Positions 18,871 to 27,970 of a stretch of DNA of 64,000 bases are shown here, in pieces. How positions within the stretch are numbered: position 1 is the stretch's first letter; each line of letters begins with the position of its first letter. The notes under the pieces were generated by a model, which had not been told where the DNA came from, searched no databases, and worked only from the letters and a program-made list of their open reading frames with translations. A program made the translations under genes and the position numbers. The stretch spans positions 167,955 to 231,954 of the forward strand of contig CAVVUW010000001.1 in the NCBI GenBank assembly GCA_963751535.1, read 5' to 3'. This DNA is from an uncultured Alphaproteobacteria bacterium (lineage in GTDB: Bacteria > Pseudomonadota > Alphaproteobacteria > Rhizobiales > Xanthobacteraceae).

Positions 18871-20034
18871 ATGATTTTCAGCCGGGATCGCATCCTCACT
18901 ACCCACGTCGGCAGCTTGCCGCGCAACGAGAAATTGTCGGACCTGCTTGTCCGCCAGGAGGCCGGCGAAGCATTCGACGCAAAGGAAATGGCCTCGGAAA
19001 TGGACAAGGCCGTTCGCCACGTGGTGGAGAAGCAGCTCGCCGCAGGCATCGACATCGGCAATGACGGAGAGCAGCAACGCGTCGGCTTCCAGACCTACGT
19101 TCCCCAACGCATGAGCGGTTTCGGAGGCATTTCGAAGCGGCGGCGCGGGCGCGAGTTTGAGGAATTTCCCGAACTGGTGGCGAGCCTGATGCGGCGTTTT
19201 CCGCATGTCAGCAAGCAACAGAACGCGCCGGAATGTCAGGCCGAATTGAAATATCTCGACATCAAGCCGATCGAGAACGAAATCGCGCGCTTCCAGAAGA
19301 TTTCGGACGGAAAGTTTGCCGAGCGGTTCATGACCGCCCCCTCGCCCGGCATCATATCCTCGACGATGCTCGACGCTTTTTACGGCTCGCAGGACAAGTA
19401 TCTCACAGCGATCTCGCGTGAGATGAAGAGCGAATACCACGCCATTCACAAGGCCGGCCTGTTACTCCAGATCGACGCGCCCGATCTCGCCATGGATCGC
19501 ACCATGATGTACCGCGATTTGACCGATGCCCAATTCGTCAAGGCGGTGGAACGCCACGTGCAGGCGATCAATGACGGCATCCACGGAATCCCGCGCGACC
19601 GCGTGCGGCTGCATATCTGCTACGGCAACTGGGAAGGACCGCACGTTCACGACGTTCCGCTCGCGACAATTCTGCCGGCGTTGTATCAGGCGAACGTCGG
19701 TGCGCTGTCGATCGAGTTTTCCAATCCGCGGCACGCGCACGAATACGAGGCGCTCAAAAAACATCCGTTCCCGAAAGACATGCTGCTTATACCGGGCGTG
19801 GTCGAAACAACCAGCAACTTTGTGGAGCATCCGGAAGTGGTCGCGCGCCGCATCGAAGAAGCCGTGCGCGTTGTCGGCGACCGCGAGCGCATCATCGCTT
19901 CAACGGATTGCGGCTTCGGGACCTTCACCAATCGCGAGTGGGTGATTGAACCTGCGGTGTGGCTCAAGCTCGCTGCGATCCGACAGGGTGCTGATATTGC
20001 TTCAGCGAGGCTTTGGGGCAAGAAGGTCGCCTGA
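18871..20034 (+). CDS. cobalamin-independent methionine synthase II family protein (second MetE-like paralog)
   Basis: The start MIFSRDRILTTHVGSLPR at ATG 18871 is preceded by GGAGA. NDGEQQRVGF is a family motif. Confidence 0.85.
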   Translation: MIFSRDRILTTHVGSLPRNEKLSDLLVRQEAGEAFDAKEMASEMDKAVRHVVEKQLAAGIDIGNDGEQQRVGFQTYVPQRMSGFGGISKRRRGREFEEFPELVASLMRRFPHVSKQQNAPECQAELKYLDIKPIENEIARFQKISDGKFAERFMTAPSPGIISSTMLDAFYGSQDKYLTAISREMKSEYHAIHKAGLLLQIDAPDLAMDRTMMYRDLTDAQFVKAVERHVQAINDGIHGIPRDRVRLHICYGNWEGPHVHDVPLATILPALYQANVGALSIEFSNPRHAHEYEALKKHPFPKDMLLIPGVVETTSNFVEHPEVVARRIEEAVRVVGDRERIIASTDCGFGTFTNREWVIEPAVWLKLAAIRQGADIASARLWGKKVA

Positions 20035-20140
20035 GTTGGCCCGCCGTGGCGATCAACGCGGCTTTTGCAGAATCCATTTTGGCGCTGCGACCGTCAGTGG
20101 CTGATTGACGGACTGCGAACCGTCGATGCGCACTTGAATG

Positions 20141-20317
20141 TCAGTGAGATTTTACGGGGTCGTCGAATGCAAAGCGGACGATTGAGCAAAAAAGACCCGG
20201 TTTGGCGCGGGTACAATCGATCGCACCTACGATGAAAAGCGCAGGCAGTAGGACAAAAAGTGCCGCACCGAGAACAACACCGATAAGTCGGTGACTTCGC
20301 ATCCAACGCCCGCGCAT
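20141..20317 (-). CDS. possible small membrane protein
   Basis: MRGRWMRSHRLIGVVLGAALFVLLPALFIVGAI... contains one hydrophobic helix. I recognise no homology. ATG 20302 is an alternative start. Confidence 0.3.
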   Translation of the reverse strand: MRGRWMRSHRLIGVVLGAALFVLLPALFIVGAIDCTRAKPGLFCSIVRFAFDDPVKSH

Positions 20318-20401
20318 GCCGGAACCCCACGATGGATGCGGGAACTTATATGATGGAGGAGCGATCCTGCCTCCCGCCCGCTCGGCCAACGGCGCAACAT
20401 T

Positions 20402-20418
20402 TAAAGATAGTATCTTTA
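20402..20418. promoter_or_regulatory. AT-rich perfect palindrome upstream of the GntR gene (candidate operator)
   Basis: TAAAGATA-G-TATCTTTA lies about 50 nt upstream of the regulator ORF. Confidence 0.35.
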
Positions 20419-20464
20419 CTATTTTAAGCGGGAAGCCCATACTTGGCGCCTCCTTTGCGGAGAC

Positions 20465-21241
20465 GTGCCCATGCCGCGGACGGCGTTACGACAGCCGGTA
20501 ACAATGAGCGGTGACCTCACCGCGCGTATCATGTTTGCCGGCCGCTCCTCCTCGCTGTCGGCGCAAATGGTCGCCTGGGTACGCGACGCTCTCTTCGCGA
20601 AAAAGCTCAAGCCCGGCGATTTCCTCGGCACGGAAAAGGATCTTGCAGCGCGTTTTGGCGCCAGCCGTATCGTGGCGCGCGATGCGTTGCGTACGCTGGA
20701 AGCGCTCGGGATCGTCGAGATTCGAATGGGTAAGGGCGGAGGTGCGCGCATTGCCCACGGCAACCCGCGTCTGTTCGCTGAAGCTCTTGCCGTACAACTC
20801 GACCTCACCGGCGTCAGTGCCGCTGAAATTATGGACGCGCAACGCGCAATTGAAACGCTTGGTGCGGAACTTGCGGCGGAAAATGCAACGCCCGACGACA
20901 TCGCTAAATTGCGCCGGCTCTTAAGCGATGGCGAGGACGCGATCAGCGACCTCGACCTGTTCACTCGGCTATCGCGCGATTTCCACCTGGCTGTCGCCGA
21001 AGCCTCGCACAACCGCGTGCTGGTCGTGCAATTGATCTCCCTCGAACATGTTTCCTGGCCACGCCGCAACGTTACCGCGACACCTAAACTGGCGCGGCAC
21101 ATCCTCGGAATCCATGGAAAACTCACCGATCTAATCGAGCTGCGCGATGCCGCTGGTGCGCGCGCGCTCATGGACGACCACGTGAAGATGATCCGTGCCA
21201 GGCGCGTTGCCGAGCGCGATGAAGGGCAATCTTGTTGCTGA
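20465..21241 (+). CDS. GntR-family (FadR/FCD subfamily) transcriptional regulator
   Basis: Winged-HTH segment LKPGDFLGTEKDLAARFGASRIVARDALRTLEALGIVEIRMGKGGGA plus a helical FCD-like C-terminal domain. The start is uncertain (GTG 20465, ATG 20471, 20504 or 20531). Confidence 0.88.
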   Translation: MPMPRTALRQPVTMSGDLTARIMFAGRSSSLSAQMVAWVRDALFAKKLKPGDFLGTEKDLAARFGASRIVARDALRTLEALGIVEIRMGKGGGARIAHGNPRLFAEALAVQLDLTGVSAAEIMDAQRAIETLGAELAAENATPDDIAKLRRLLSDGEDAISDLDLFTRLSRDFHLAVAEASHNRVLVVQLISLEHVSWPRRNVTATPKLARHILGIHGKLTDLIELRDAAGARALMDDHVKMIRARRVAERDEGQSCC

Positions 21242-21256
21242 TTTAGGAGGACAGAC

Positions 21257-22129
21257 ATGGCGAAATTCCTCATCGAACCGCATTTCCGGCTGCAGGAATG
21301 GGTGGCCGAAGAGAAAGACTACTTCCGCAAGGAAGGGCTCGAATACGAATTCCGCGAGTTGATGCGATCAACCGGCGGCAAGATTTACGACAAGGGCGAC
21401 AAGGTCGGCGCCTATCAATCGTTTGAGGAAGGCCGCAAGTCGAACGTCAGCTGTGCCTGCCATTGGACCGTCAACGTCGCCGCCTCGAATGGTCACGGCA
21501 AGATGTACACCGACGTCTACTCGGTAGCCCCTGCCGGAGTTTTCGTCGCCAGCGACTCAAAAATTAAAGATCCGTCCGATCTTGCCGGAGTGCCGGTGTC
21601 GGTCGGTTACCAGTCAGGCAGTCACTATTCGACCGTTCAGGCGCTTGAGCAGTACCTCACGCCGGAGCAGATGAATCTTGTCTATTCGGATGGCATGCTG
21701 TTCGCCCGAATGGAAAAACTGTTCGAGGGCAAAGCACCGGCCGTGCACCTGTTCGGCGGCCCTTACTATTTCGCCGAGCAACTCGGCTTCCGCAAAGTCA
21801 TCGACGCGACTTTCATGATCGGCACCATGATCCACGGTGATCCCGATCCGGAAGATCTGCGGAAGTTTTTCCGCGCCCTGCGCAAAGCCCAACGCGATAT
21901 TGACCTGCGACCGGAGCTCTATACGCACTACTACAAGAAGGAATTTCCTGACCGCTTCCATGCCAAAATGGATACGCGGCGTTGGGGTCCTGGTGAACGC
22001 CTGGTGTTCGAGCCCTACACGAAAGAAGTCTATGAGGAATCCTTCGAGTGGATTGCCGCCCACGGGATCTTCCCCGAGGGCAAGATGGGCAGCAGCCAGT
22101 ACGAGCACGCCACCCTCTCGCTGACCTGA
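21257..22129 (+). CDS. leaderless periplasmic-binding-protein-fold (NMT1/PBP2-like) cytoplasmic protein of unknown function
   Basis: 290 aa with no signal peptide. The GVPVSVGYQSGSHY segment resembles type-2 PBP folds. It starts 16 nt after the GntR gene, preceded by AGGAGG. Confidence 0.7.
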   Translation: MAKFLIEPHFRLQEWVAEEKDYFRKEGLEYEFRELMRSTGGKIYDKGDKVGAYQSFEEGRKSNVSCACHWTVNVAASNGHGKMYTDVYSVAPAGVFVASDSKIKDPSDLAGVPVSVGYQSGSHYSTVQALEQYLTPEQMNLVYSDGMLFARMEKLFEGKAPAVHLFGGPYYFAEQLGFRKVIDATFMIGTMIHGDPDPEDLRKFFRALRKAQRDIDLRPELYTHYYKKEFPDRFHAKMDTRRWGPGERLVFEPYTKEVYEESFEWIAAHGIFPEGKMGSSQYEHATLSLT

Positions 22130-22171
22130 CAATTACTGTTTGCGCACTAATAGTTAGATATCCAACCAAAT

Positions 22172-22205
22172 GCGCCGCGACCTTATGGCCGCGGCGCTTT
22201 TCTTT
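22172..22205 (+). terminator. rho-independent terminator
   Basis: The stem is GCGCCGCGACC / GGCCGCGGCGC with one mismatch, followed by TTTTCTTT. Confidence 0.7.
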
Positions 22206-22267
22206 ACCTCTGACCTCAGGCATTCTAACGACAACAATAGAAGCGTCGATTTCAGGGGAGGACCATA

Positions 22268-23437
22268 ATGAAACGCTCGCTATTCGCCGGCGCGGCCTTG
22301 TTTGCGGCCGTCGTGCTGCCGGCGGGCGCCAATGCCCAGGACACCATCAAAATCGGTGTTATTTCCGCCTATTCAGGCCAGTTCGCCGACACGGCGGCGC
22401 AGATCGACAACGGCATCAAGCTGTATATGAAACAGCACGGCGACACCGTGGCCGGGAAGAAAATCGAAATCATCCGCAAGGATACCGGGGGACCGAACCC
22501 TGACGTTGCCAAGAGGCTCGCTCAGGAACTGATCGTCCGCGACAAGGCGGACATCTTGGCTGGTTTTACGCTGACGCCTGAGGCCCTCGGCGCCGCCGGC
22601 ATCTCGGCCGAAGCCAAGAAGCTGATGGTCGACATGAACGCCGCGACGTCGATCGTCACAGAGAAATCGCCCTACATTGTGCGCGTGTCCCTGACACTGC
22701 CGCAGATCGGCGAAACGCTCGGAACCTGGGCGGCCACCAAGGGCAAGATCAAGAAGGCCTACACGATGGTGACCGACTTCGGTCCAGGCATCGACGCCGA
22801 AACCGCGTTCCAGAAGGCCTTCAAAGCGGCGGGCGGCGAAATCGTCGGTTCGGTGCGCATGCCGATCGCCAACCCCGACTTTTCGGCTTTCGTGCAGCGC
22901 GCGAAGGATCTCAATCCCGAATCGATCTTCGTTTTCGTGCCGGGCGGCGCACAACCTGCCGCGATCGGCAAGGCCTTCGCCGAGCGCCAGATCGACCCCA
23001 AGAAGATCAAGATCATGTCGACCGGCGAACCGGTGGACGAGACCGCGATCAAGAGTCTGGGTGACCTTGCGCTCGACCGTATCAGCGCCTGGCACTACGA
23101 CTACAATCACAAGTCCAAAATGAATGCCGACTTCGTGAAGGCATTCAACGCCGAGTTCAAGCGCAACCCCGACTTCTTCGCGGTCGGCGGCTATGACGGA
23201 ATGCACCTCATCTACGAGGCGCTGAAGAAGACCAAAGGCAATGCCGACGGTGACGCATTGATCGCCGCAGCCAAGGGCATGAAGTGGGAAAGCCCACGCG
23301 GACCAATCTCGATCGATCCGGCGACCCGCGACATCGTGCAGAACGTTTACATCCGCAAGGTGGAAAAGGTCGGCAACAACATCGTCAATGTCGAGTTCGA
23401 CAAGGTCGAGAACGTCAAAGACCCGACACACAAATAA
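22268..23437 (+). CDS. LivJ/LivK-like (type 1 PBP) ABC transporter substrate-binding protein
   Basis: Signal peptide ...LPAGANAQ followed by DTIKIGVISAYSGQFAD, typical of branched-chain amino acid / amide-type binding proteins. Confidence 0.9.
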   Translation: MKRSLFAGAALFAAVVLPAGANAQDTIKIGVISAYSGQFADTAAQIDNGIKLYMKQHGDTVAGKKIEIIRKDTGGPNPDVAKRLAQELIVRDKADILAGFTLTPEALGAAGISAEAKKLMVDMNAATSIVTEKSPYIVRVSLTLPQIGETLGTWAATKGKIKKAYTMVTDFGPGIDAETAFQKAFKAAGGEIVGSVRMPIANPDFSAFVQRAKDLNPESIFVFVPGGAQPAAIGKAFAERQIDPKKIKIMSTGEPVDETAIKSLGDLALDRISAWHYDYNHKSKMNADFVKAFNAEFKRNPDFFAVGGYDGMHLIYEALKKTKGNADGDALIAAAKGMKWESPRGPISIDPATRDIVQNVYIRKVEKVGNNIVNVEFDKVENVKDPTHK

Positions 23438-23461
23438 GCCGCCCTAAGGTAAGCGATTCCC

Positions 23462-23491
23462 GGATGGGGCGATCGAAAGATCGTCCCATCC
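23462..23491 (+). terminator. strong intercistronic hairpin (attenuating terminator or mRNA stabiliser) after the binding-protein gene
   Basis: 13-bp stem GGATGGGGCGATC / GATCGTCCCATCC (one G-U pair) with a GAAA tetraloop. Only a weak T-tract (TTGTT) follows. Confidence 0.5.
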
Positions 23492-23623
23492 TTGTTATCA
23501 AGTGCGGACTTTAGGTTGTGTCCGACCCCAAAGGATGAGTGAATCGGGCCCCTCAGGACGAGTCACAGTCGGTCCCGTTGGATCGATCCGTGACGCGCAC
23601 ACTAGACAGCGATAGCCGCCATC

Positions 23624-24487
23624 ATGCTCCCCCCGGTTTTCGGTGTTCTGTTCGATGGCCTCGCCTACGGCATGTTGTTGTTTGTGCTGTCGGTCGGGCT
23701 GTCGGTGACGCTTGGGCTGATGAATTTCGTCAACCTTGCGCACTGCGCTTTCGCAATGCTCGGAGGTTATGTCACCGCTACGCTGGTGAATGAATTCGGT
23801 TGGCCGTTCCTGGCAACATTGCCGGTGGCCTTCGTCGCCGCGGCGATCGTCAGTGTCGTGCTCGAACGCACGCTCTACCGCAGGCTCTATCGCGCGAGCG
23901 ATCTCGATCAGGTACTGCTCACCATCGGCCTCGCTTTCATTTCGGTAGCCGTCGCCGCCTACATCTTCGGTACGACGCAACAGCCCGTTGAAACACCGAG
24001 TCTCTTACGCGGCTCCATCAACCTGCTTGGCCTCGGCTTGGGCAAATACCGCCTGTTCCTGATCGGTGTCGCCCTGGTGGTGACGTTGCTCTTGGTCGCC
24101 GGTCTGGAATACACGCGCTTCGGCGCTCAAGTGCGGGCAGCGGTCGACAACCAGCGCATGGCGCGCGGTCTTGGCATCGACGTTGATCGCACGTTTGCCT
24201 CCACCTTCGCTCTCGGCTCCGGACTTGCGGGATTGGGTGGCGCGCTTGCAATCGAGATCGTGGGACTCGACCCGAATTTTGCCTTCACCTATCTCGTCTA
24301 CGTTCTCATCGTTGTCTCTGTCGGTGGTCTGGGCTCGATTGCCGGCTCTTTCGCGGCCGCAATACTGATCGGCGTCAGCGACGTCGCCGGCAAATATTAT
24401 GCGCCCGAACTCGGCGCATTCCTGATCTATCTCGTCATGGTGGTGGTGTTGATGTGGCGGCCGACCGGCCTGTTCGGGAGGCGCTAG
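23624..24487 (+). CDS. branched-chain amino acid-type ABC transporter permease (LivH-like)
   Basis: 287-aa polytopic permease. The LGLMNFVNLAHCAFAMLGGY motif region is typical of LivH. Confidence 0.9.
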   Translation: MLPPVFGVLFDGLAYGMLLFVLSVGLSVTLGLMNFVNLAHCAFAMLGGYVTATLVNEFGWPFLATLPVAFVAAAIVSVVLERTLYRRLYRASDLDQVLLTIGLAFISVAVAAYIFGTTQQPVETPSLLRGSINLLGLGLGKYRLFLIGVALVVTLLLVAGLEYTRFGAQVRAAVDNQRMARGLGIDVDRTFASTFALGSGLAGLGGALAIEIVGLDPNFAFTYLVYVLIVVSVGGLGSIAGSFAAAILIGVSDVAGKYYAPELGAFLIYLVMVVVLMWRPTGLFGRR

Positions 24488-26272
24488 GTGATGGTCCCCG
24501 CCACCACGACTGTCACGCCCCAAGACTATCTGCAGGCGCGGAGCCGGTGGCATCCGTTTGAGATTGCTTTCTGGCTGGCAACGCTTTTGCCTTTCATTCT
24601 TTTTCCAAACTATCTGTCGTTGGCGAGCCAAATCGCTATCACCGCGCTGTTCGCTCTCTCCCTCGACATCATCCTCGGTTATGCCGGCATCGTCTCCCTG
24701 GGCCACGCGGCTTTCTTCGGCATCGGAGCCTATACGGCGGGGCTGATCTCCAAGTTCGGTTGGGGCGAGCCGATCAGCGGTCTGATTGTGGCCGCCGCCG
24801 TCGCCGGCCTCGTCGGCCTTGCGGTGAGCTTCGTCATCGCGCGGTTTCGCCATTTTACGTTGATCATGATCACCCTCGGTCTGGGTCTGCTCGCCTTCGA
24901 GACGGCAAATCGTGCACATTGGCTCACCGGTGGCAGCGACGGCCTGCAGGGCATTTCAATCTGGCCGGTACTCGGCCTCTTCAAGTTCGACCTCTATGGC
25001 TACACCGCGTACGCCTACTCGCTGGCCGTATTGTTCCTGGTCTTTCTGGGCGCGCGCAGGTTGATCAACTCCCCGTTCGGACTTGCGCTGCGCGGCATTC
25101 GCGAAAATTGGGTACGCATGCCGGCGATCGGCGCTGACAGCCGCGCGCACATCCGCAAGGCCTATATGATTGCGGCAGCAATCGCCGGGCTGGCCGGCGC
25201 TGTCCTCGCCCAGACCACCGAAAACGTCTCGCTCAAGTCGATCAGCTTCCAGCGCTCGGCCGATGTGCTGGTCATGCTGGTCCTTGGCGGCGCCGGGCGA
25301 CTCTATGGTGGGCTCGTGGGTGCCGTCATTTTCATGGTCGCGCGCGATCAGTTTTCGGGCATCGCACCGCAATTTTGGTACTTCTGGATCGGCGTACTGC
25401 TGATCACGGTCGTAATGTTGCTTCCAAACGGTATTGTCGGCGGACTGTCTGCAAATCTACGCACGGTGGAGACGGAAATGAGCTCGACGGTGCTTGCAGC
25501 AAAAGACGCGGCAACCGATCGCGCCATCGCCTTGGCCACCCGAGATCTGACGAAATCATTCGGCTCGCTCCCGGTCGCGCGCAATATTGAGATCAATCTG
25601 CCGGTCGGAGCGCGCTATGCGCTGATCGGTCCGAACGGCGCCGGCAAGACGACTTTGATCAATCTCATGACCGGGATGCTGGCCCCCAATGCAGGGCAAA
25701 TTCTTCTCGGCGGAGAGGACATCACGGAAATGGGCCCACAGGACCGCGTTCGGCGCGGGCTTGCGCGCACATTTCAGATCAACACGTTGTTCGCCGGCCT
25801 CAATGCACTTGAAGCAGTGACGCTCGCTGTACTGGAGCGCCGGGGGCTGTCAGGACAATTCTGGCGCGGCTTAGGCTCACACGCCGAGGCGATCGACGAA
25901 GCTTACGAGATCCTGCGTAAGCTGCGCCTGGGCGACTCCTGCTATCAGGTCACGCGCGAATTGCCATACGGTCGGCAGCGGCTCCTAGAGATCGCGTTGG
26001 CGCTCGCAACCCGGCCGAAGGTTCTACTGCTCGACGAACCTGCCGCCGGAGTTCCGCAAGAGGAAAGCGGCGACGTCTTTGAGGCCGTGGCGAGCCTTTC
26101 CGACGATCTCACGCTGCTATTCATTGAGCACGACATGCATGTGGTATTCCGTTTCGCAAGCCACATCATTGTGCTGGTCGGAGGCGCGATCTTCACTGAA
26201 GGCTCACCGGCCGAAATTGCAGCGGATCCCGGCGTGCGCGAAGTCTATCTGGGCAAACGCAAGCATGGCTGA
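24488..26272 (+). CDS. fused LivM-like permease / LivG-like ATPase
   Basis: The N-terminal ~330 aa are a permease (LGYAGIVSLGHAAFFGIGAY). The C-terminal part is an ABC ATPase (Walker A GPNGAGKTT, LLLDEPAAG). The start is GTG/ATG at 24488-24493. Confidence 0.9.
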   Translation: MMVPATTTVTPQDYLQARSRWHPFEIAFWLATLLPFILFPNYLSLASQIAITALFALSLDIILGYAGIVSLGHAAFFGIGAYTAGLISKFGWGEPISGLIVAAAVAGLVGLAVSFVIARFRHFTLIMITLGLGLLAFETANRAHWLTGGSDGLQGISIWPVLGLFKFDLYGYTAYAYSLAVLFLVFLGARRLINSPFGLALRGIRENWVRMPAIGADSRAHIRKAYMIAAAIAGLAGAVLAQTTENVSLKSISFQRSADVLVMLVLGGAGRLYGGLVGAVIFMVARDQFSGIAPQFWYFWIGVLLITVVMLLPNGIVGGLSANLRTVETEMSSTVLAAKDAATDRAIALATRDLTKSFGSLPVARNIEINLPVGARYALIGPNGAGKTTLINLMTGMLAPNAGQILLGGEDITEMGPQDRVRRGLARTFQINTLFAGLNALEAVTLAVLERRGLSGQFWRGLGSHAEAIDEAYEILRKLRLGDSCYQVTRELPYGRQRLLEIALALATRPKVLLLDEPAAGVPQEESGDVFEAVASLSDDLTLLFIEHDMHVVFRFASHIIVLVGGAIFTEGSPAEIAADPGVREVYLGKRKHG

Positions 26273-26984
26273 CTCCCTACTCAAACTTGATAACGTGACA
26301 GCCGGCTATGGTGACGCCGTCGTGCTGCACGGCATCTCATTGGACCTGCCGGAACATGGCAGCCTAGCGCTGTTGGGCCGCAACGGCGTTGGCAAGTCGA
26401 CGCTGCTGATGACCATCATGGGCTACACGCAGCTGCGCAGCGGACGGGTCGTCTGGAAAGGGCAGGACATCTCGCGCCTCCCGCCCAATCGACGCGCAGT
26501 GAACGGCATCGGCTGGGTCGCGCAGGAGCGCGAGATCTTCCCATCCCTGTCGGTCGAGGAGAACCTCACCGTCGCGTCGCGCTCTGGCTCTTGGGATCTT
26601 GACGCTGTGTTCAAGCTCTTCCCGCGGCTTTCCGAGCGCCGCCGCAATATGGGCAATCAGCTCTCGGGTGGGGAGCAGCAAATGCTCGCCGTTGCGCGTG
26701 CGTTGATGACCAATCCGGCACTGATGTTGCTGGATGAGCCGTTCGAGGGGCTCGCTCCGGTCATCGTCGATGAGCTTACGGCCGCGATGAAGACGATGCT
26801 TTCTGATCGTCGCATCGCCATCATTCTCGTCGAACAGCACACAGATATTGCGTTGGAACTGACGGCCGAGGCTATCGTGCTGGAGCGCGGCGCGGTAGCG
26901 CACCGCGCACCTTCGGCTCAATTGCAGAAAGACACTGCCACGCTCGAACGTCTGGTCGGGTTGCGCGTGGCCGCAACGGCATGA
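26265..26984 (+). CDS. LivF-like ABC transporter ATP-binding protein
   Basis: MADSLLKLDNVTAGYG..., Walker A GRNGVGKST, signature LSGGEQQM. The ATG at 26265 overlaps the preceding stop (ATGGCTGA). Confidence 0.9.
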   Translation: MADSLLKLDNVTAGYGDAVVLHGISLDLPEHGSLALLGRNGVGKSTLLMTIMGYTQLRSGRVVWKGQDISRLPPNRRAVNGIGWVAQEREIFPSLSVEENLTVASRSGSWDLDAVFKLFPRLSERRRNMGNQLSGGEQQMLAVARALMTNPALMLLDEPFEGLAPVIVDELTAAMKTMLSDRRIAIILVEQHTDIALELTAEAIVLERGAVAHRAPSAQLQKDTATLERLVGLRVAATA

Positions 26985-27022
26985 CATTCTAGCCATCTGC
27001 AAAGTCGATACAGGAACAGGCC

Positions 27023-27920
27023 ATGTCCAATCCGATGATTCCGCGCGAACGTTCCGACTACTCGGCGATCGTGGATCGCCCGCCACTTAAATTGCCGGGT
27101 AAAGCCCGCATCGTGTTCTGGACGATCGTTAACTACGAGGTGTGGGACATCGGCAAACCAATGGCACGACAGCTGCTGCCGGCCCCGACGGGCGTGCCGC
27201 TGATGCCCGACGTGGTGCACTGGGCGTTCCATGAATACGGCATGCGGGTCGGCTGCTGGCGCTTTCATGAGCTCTTCAAAAAGCTGGGAATCAAACCGAC
27301 GCTCGCCGCGAATGCGCGCATTTGCGAGGACTATCCGCGCGTTGCCGAGGAGGCCAAGAAAAGACGGCTGGGAATTCATGGGCCACGCCTACGAGCAGGG
27401 TCCGATCCACAAGGAAGCCGACCAGGCCGGCATGATCAAGCGGACCATGGATATCATGACAAAGTTCACCGGCAAGAAGCCGGTCGGCTGGCTCGGGCCT
27501 GGCCTGACCCAGACGCTCGACACGCCGGACTTGCTCGCCGCCGCGGGCGTCGAATATATCGGCGACTGGGTCTACGACGATGAACCGACGGTAATTCGCA
27601 CCACAAAGGGACCGCTGGTCACCCTGCCCTACACGGTCGAGCTCAACGATATTCCGATGATGCTGATCCAGCATCACGAGAGCGATTATCTGCTCAAGCG
27701 CACGATCGACCAGTTCGATCGGCTCTACGCCGAGAGCGCGAAGCGCGCAAAAATCTGCACGCTTGCGATCCATCCCTACATCAGCGGGCAACCGCATCGG
27801 ATCAAATATCTTGAGCAGATCTACGACTACGTGAACAAGCACGAAGGCGTTCTGCACTGGAACGGCGAGCAGATTCTCGACTGGTACCGCAGCATCGCCA
27901 AGATCGAGGCTGCCGCGTAG
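27023..27920 (+). pseudogene. polysaccharide-deacetylase-fold (PuuE-like) hydrolase, paralog 1, split by a 1-nt frameshift
   Basis: ORFs 27023-27583 and 27231-27920 align end to end with the intact paralogs at 31075 and 31986. The frames switch in the A4 run 27359-27362. Removing one A gives ...AEEAKKDGWEFMGHAYEQ, matching NWEFIGHGY and GWELNAHGY in the paralogs. Confidence 0.85.
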
Positions 27921-27970
27921 CGGCAGCTGCCGCTGCAAGACAGCAGATCGGCACGGCAGGGAGGATCCAC

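Noticed and set aside
22373-24919. Long minus-strand ORFs (22373-23431, 23498-23980, 24005-24919) across the Liv-type ABC genes
   Set aside because: All are antisense to well-supported transporter genes. The products are Arg/His/Asp-rich and look like shadow ORFs.
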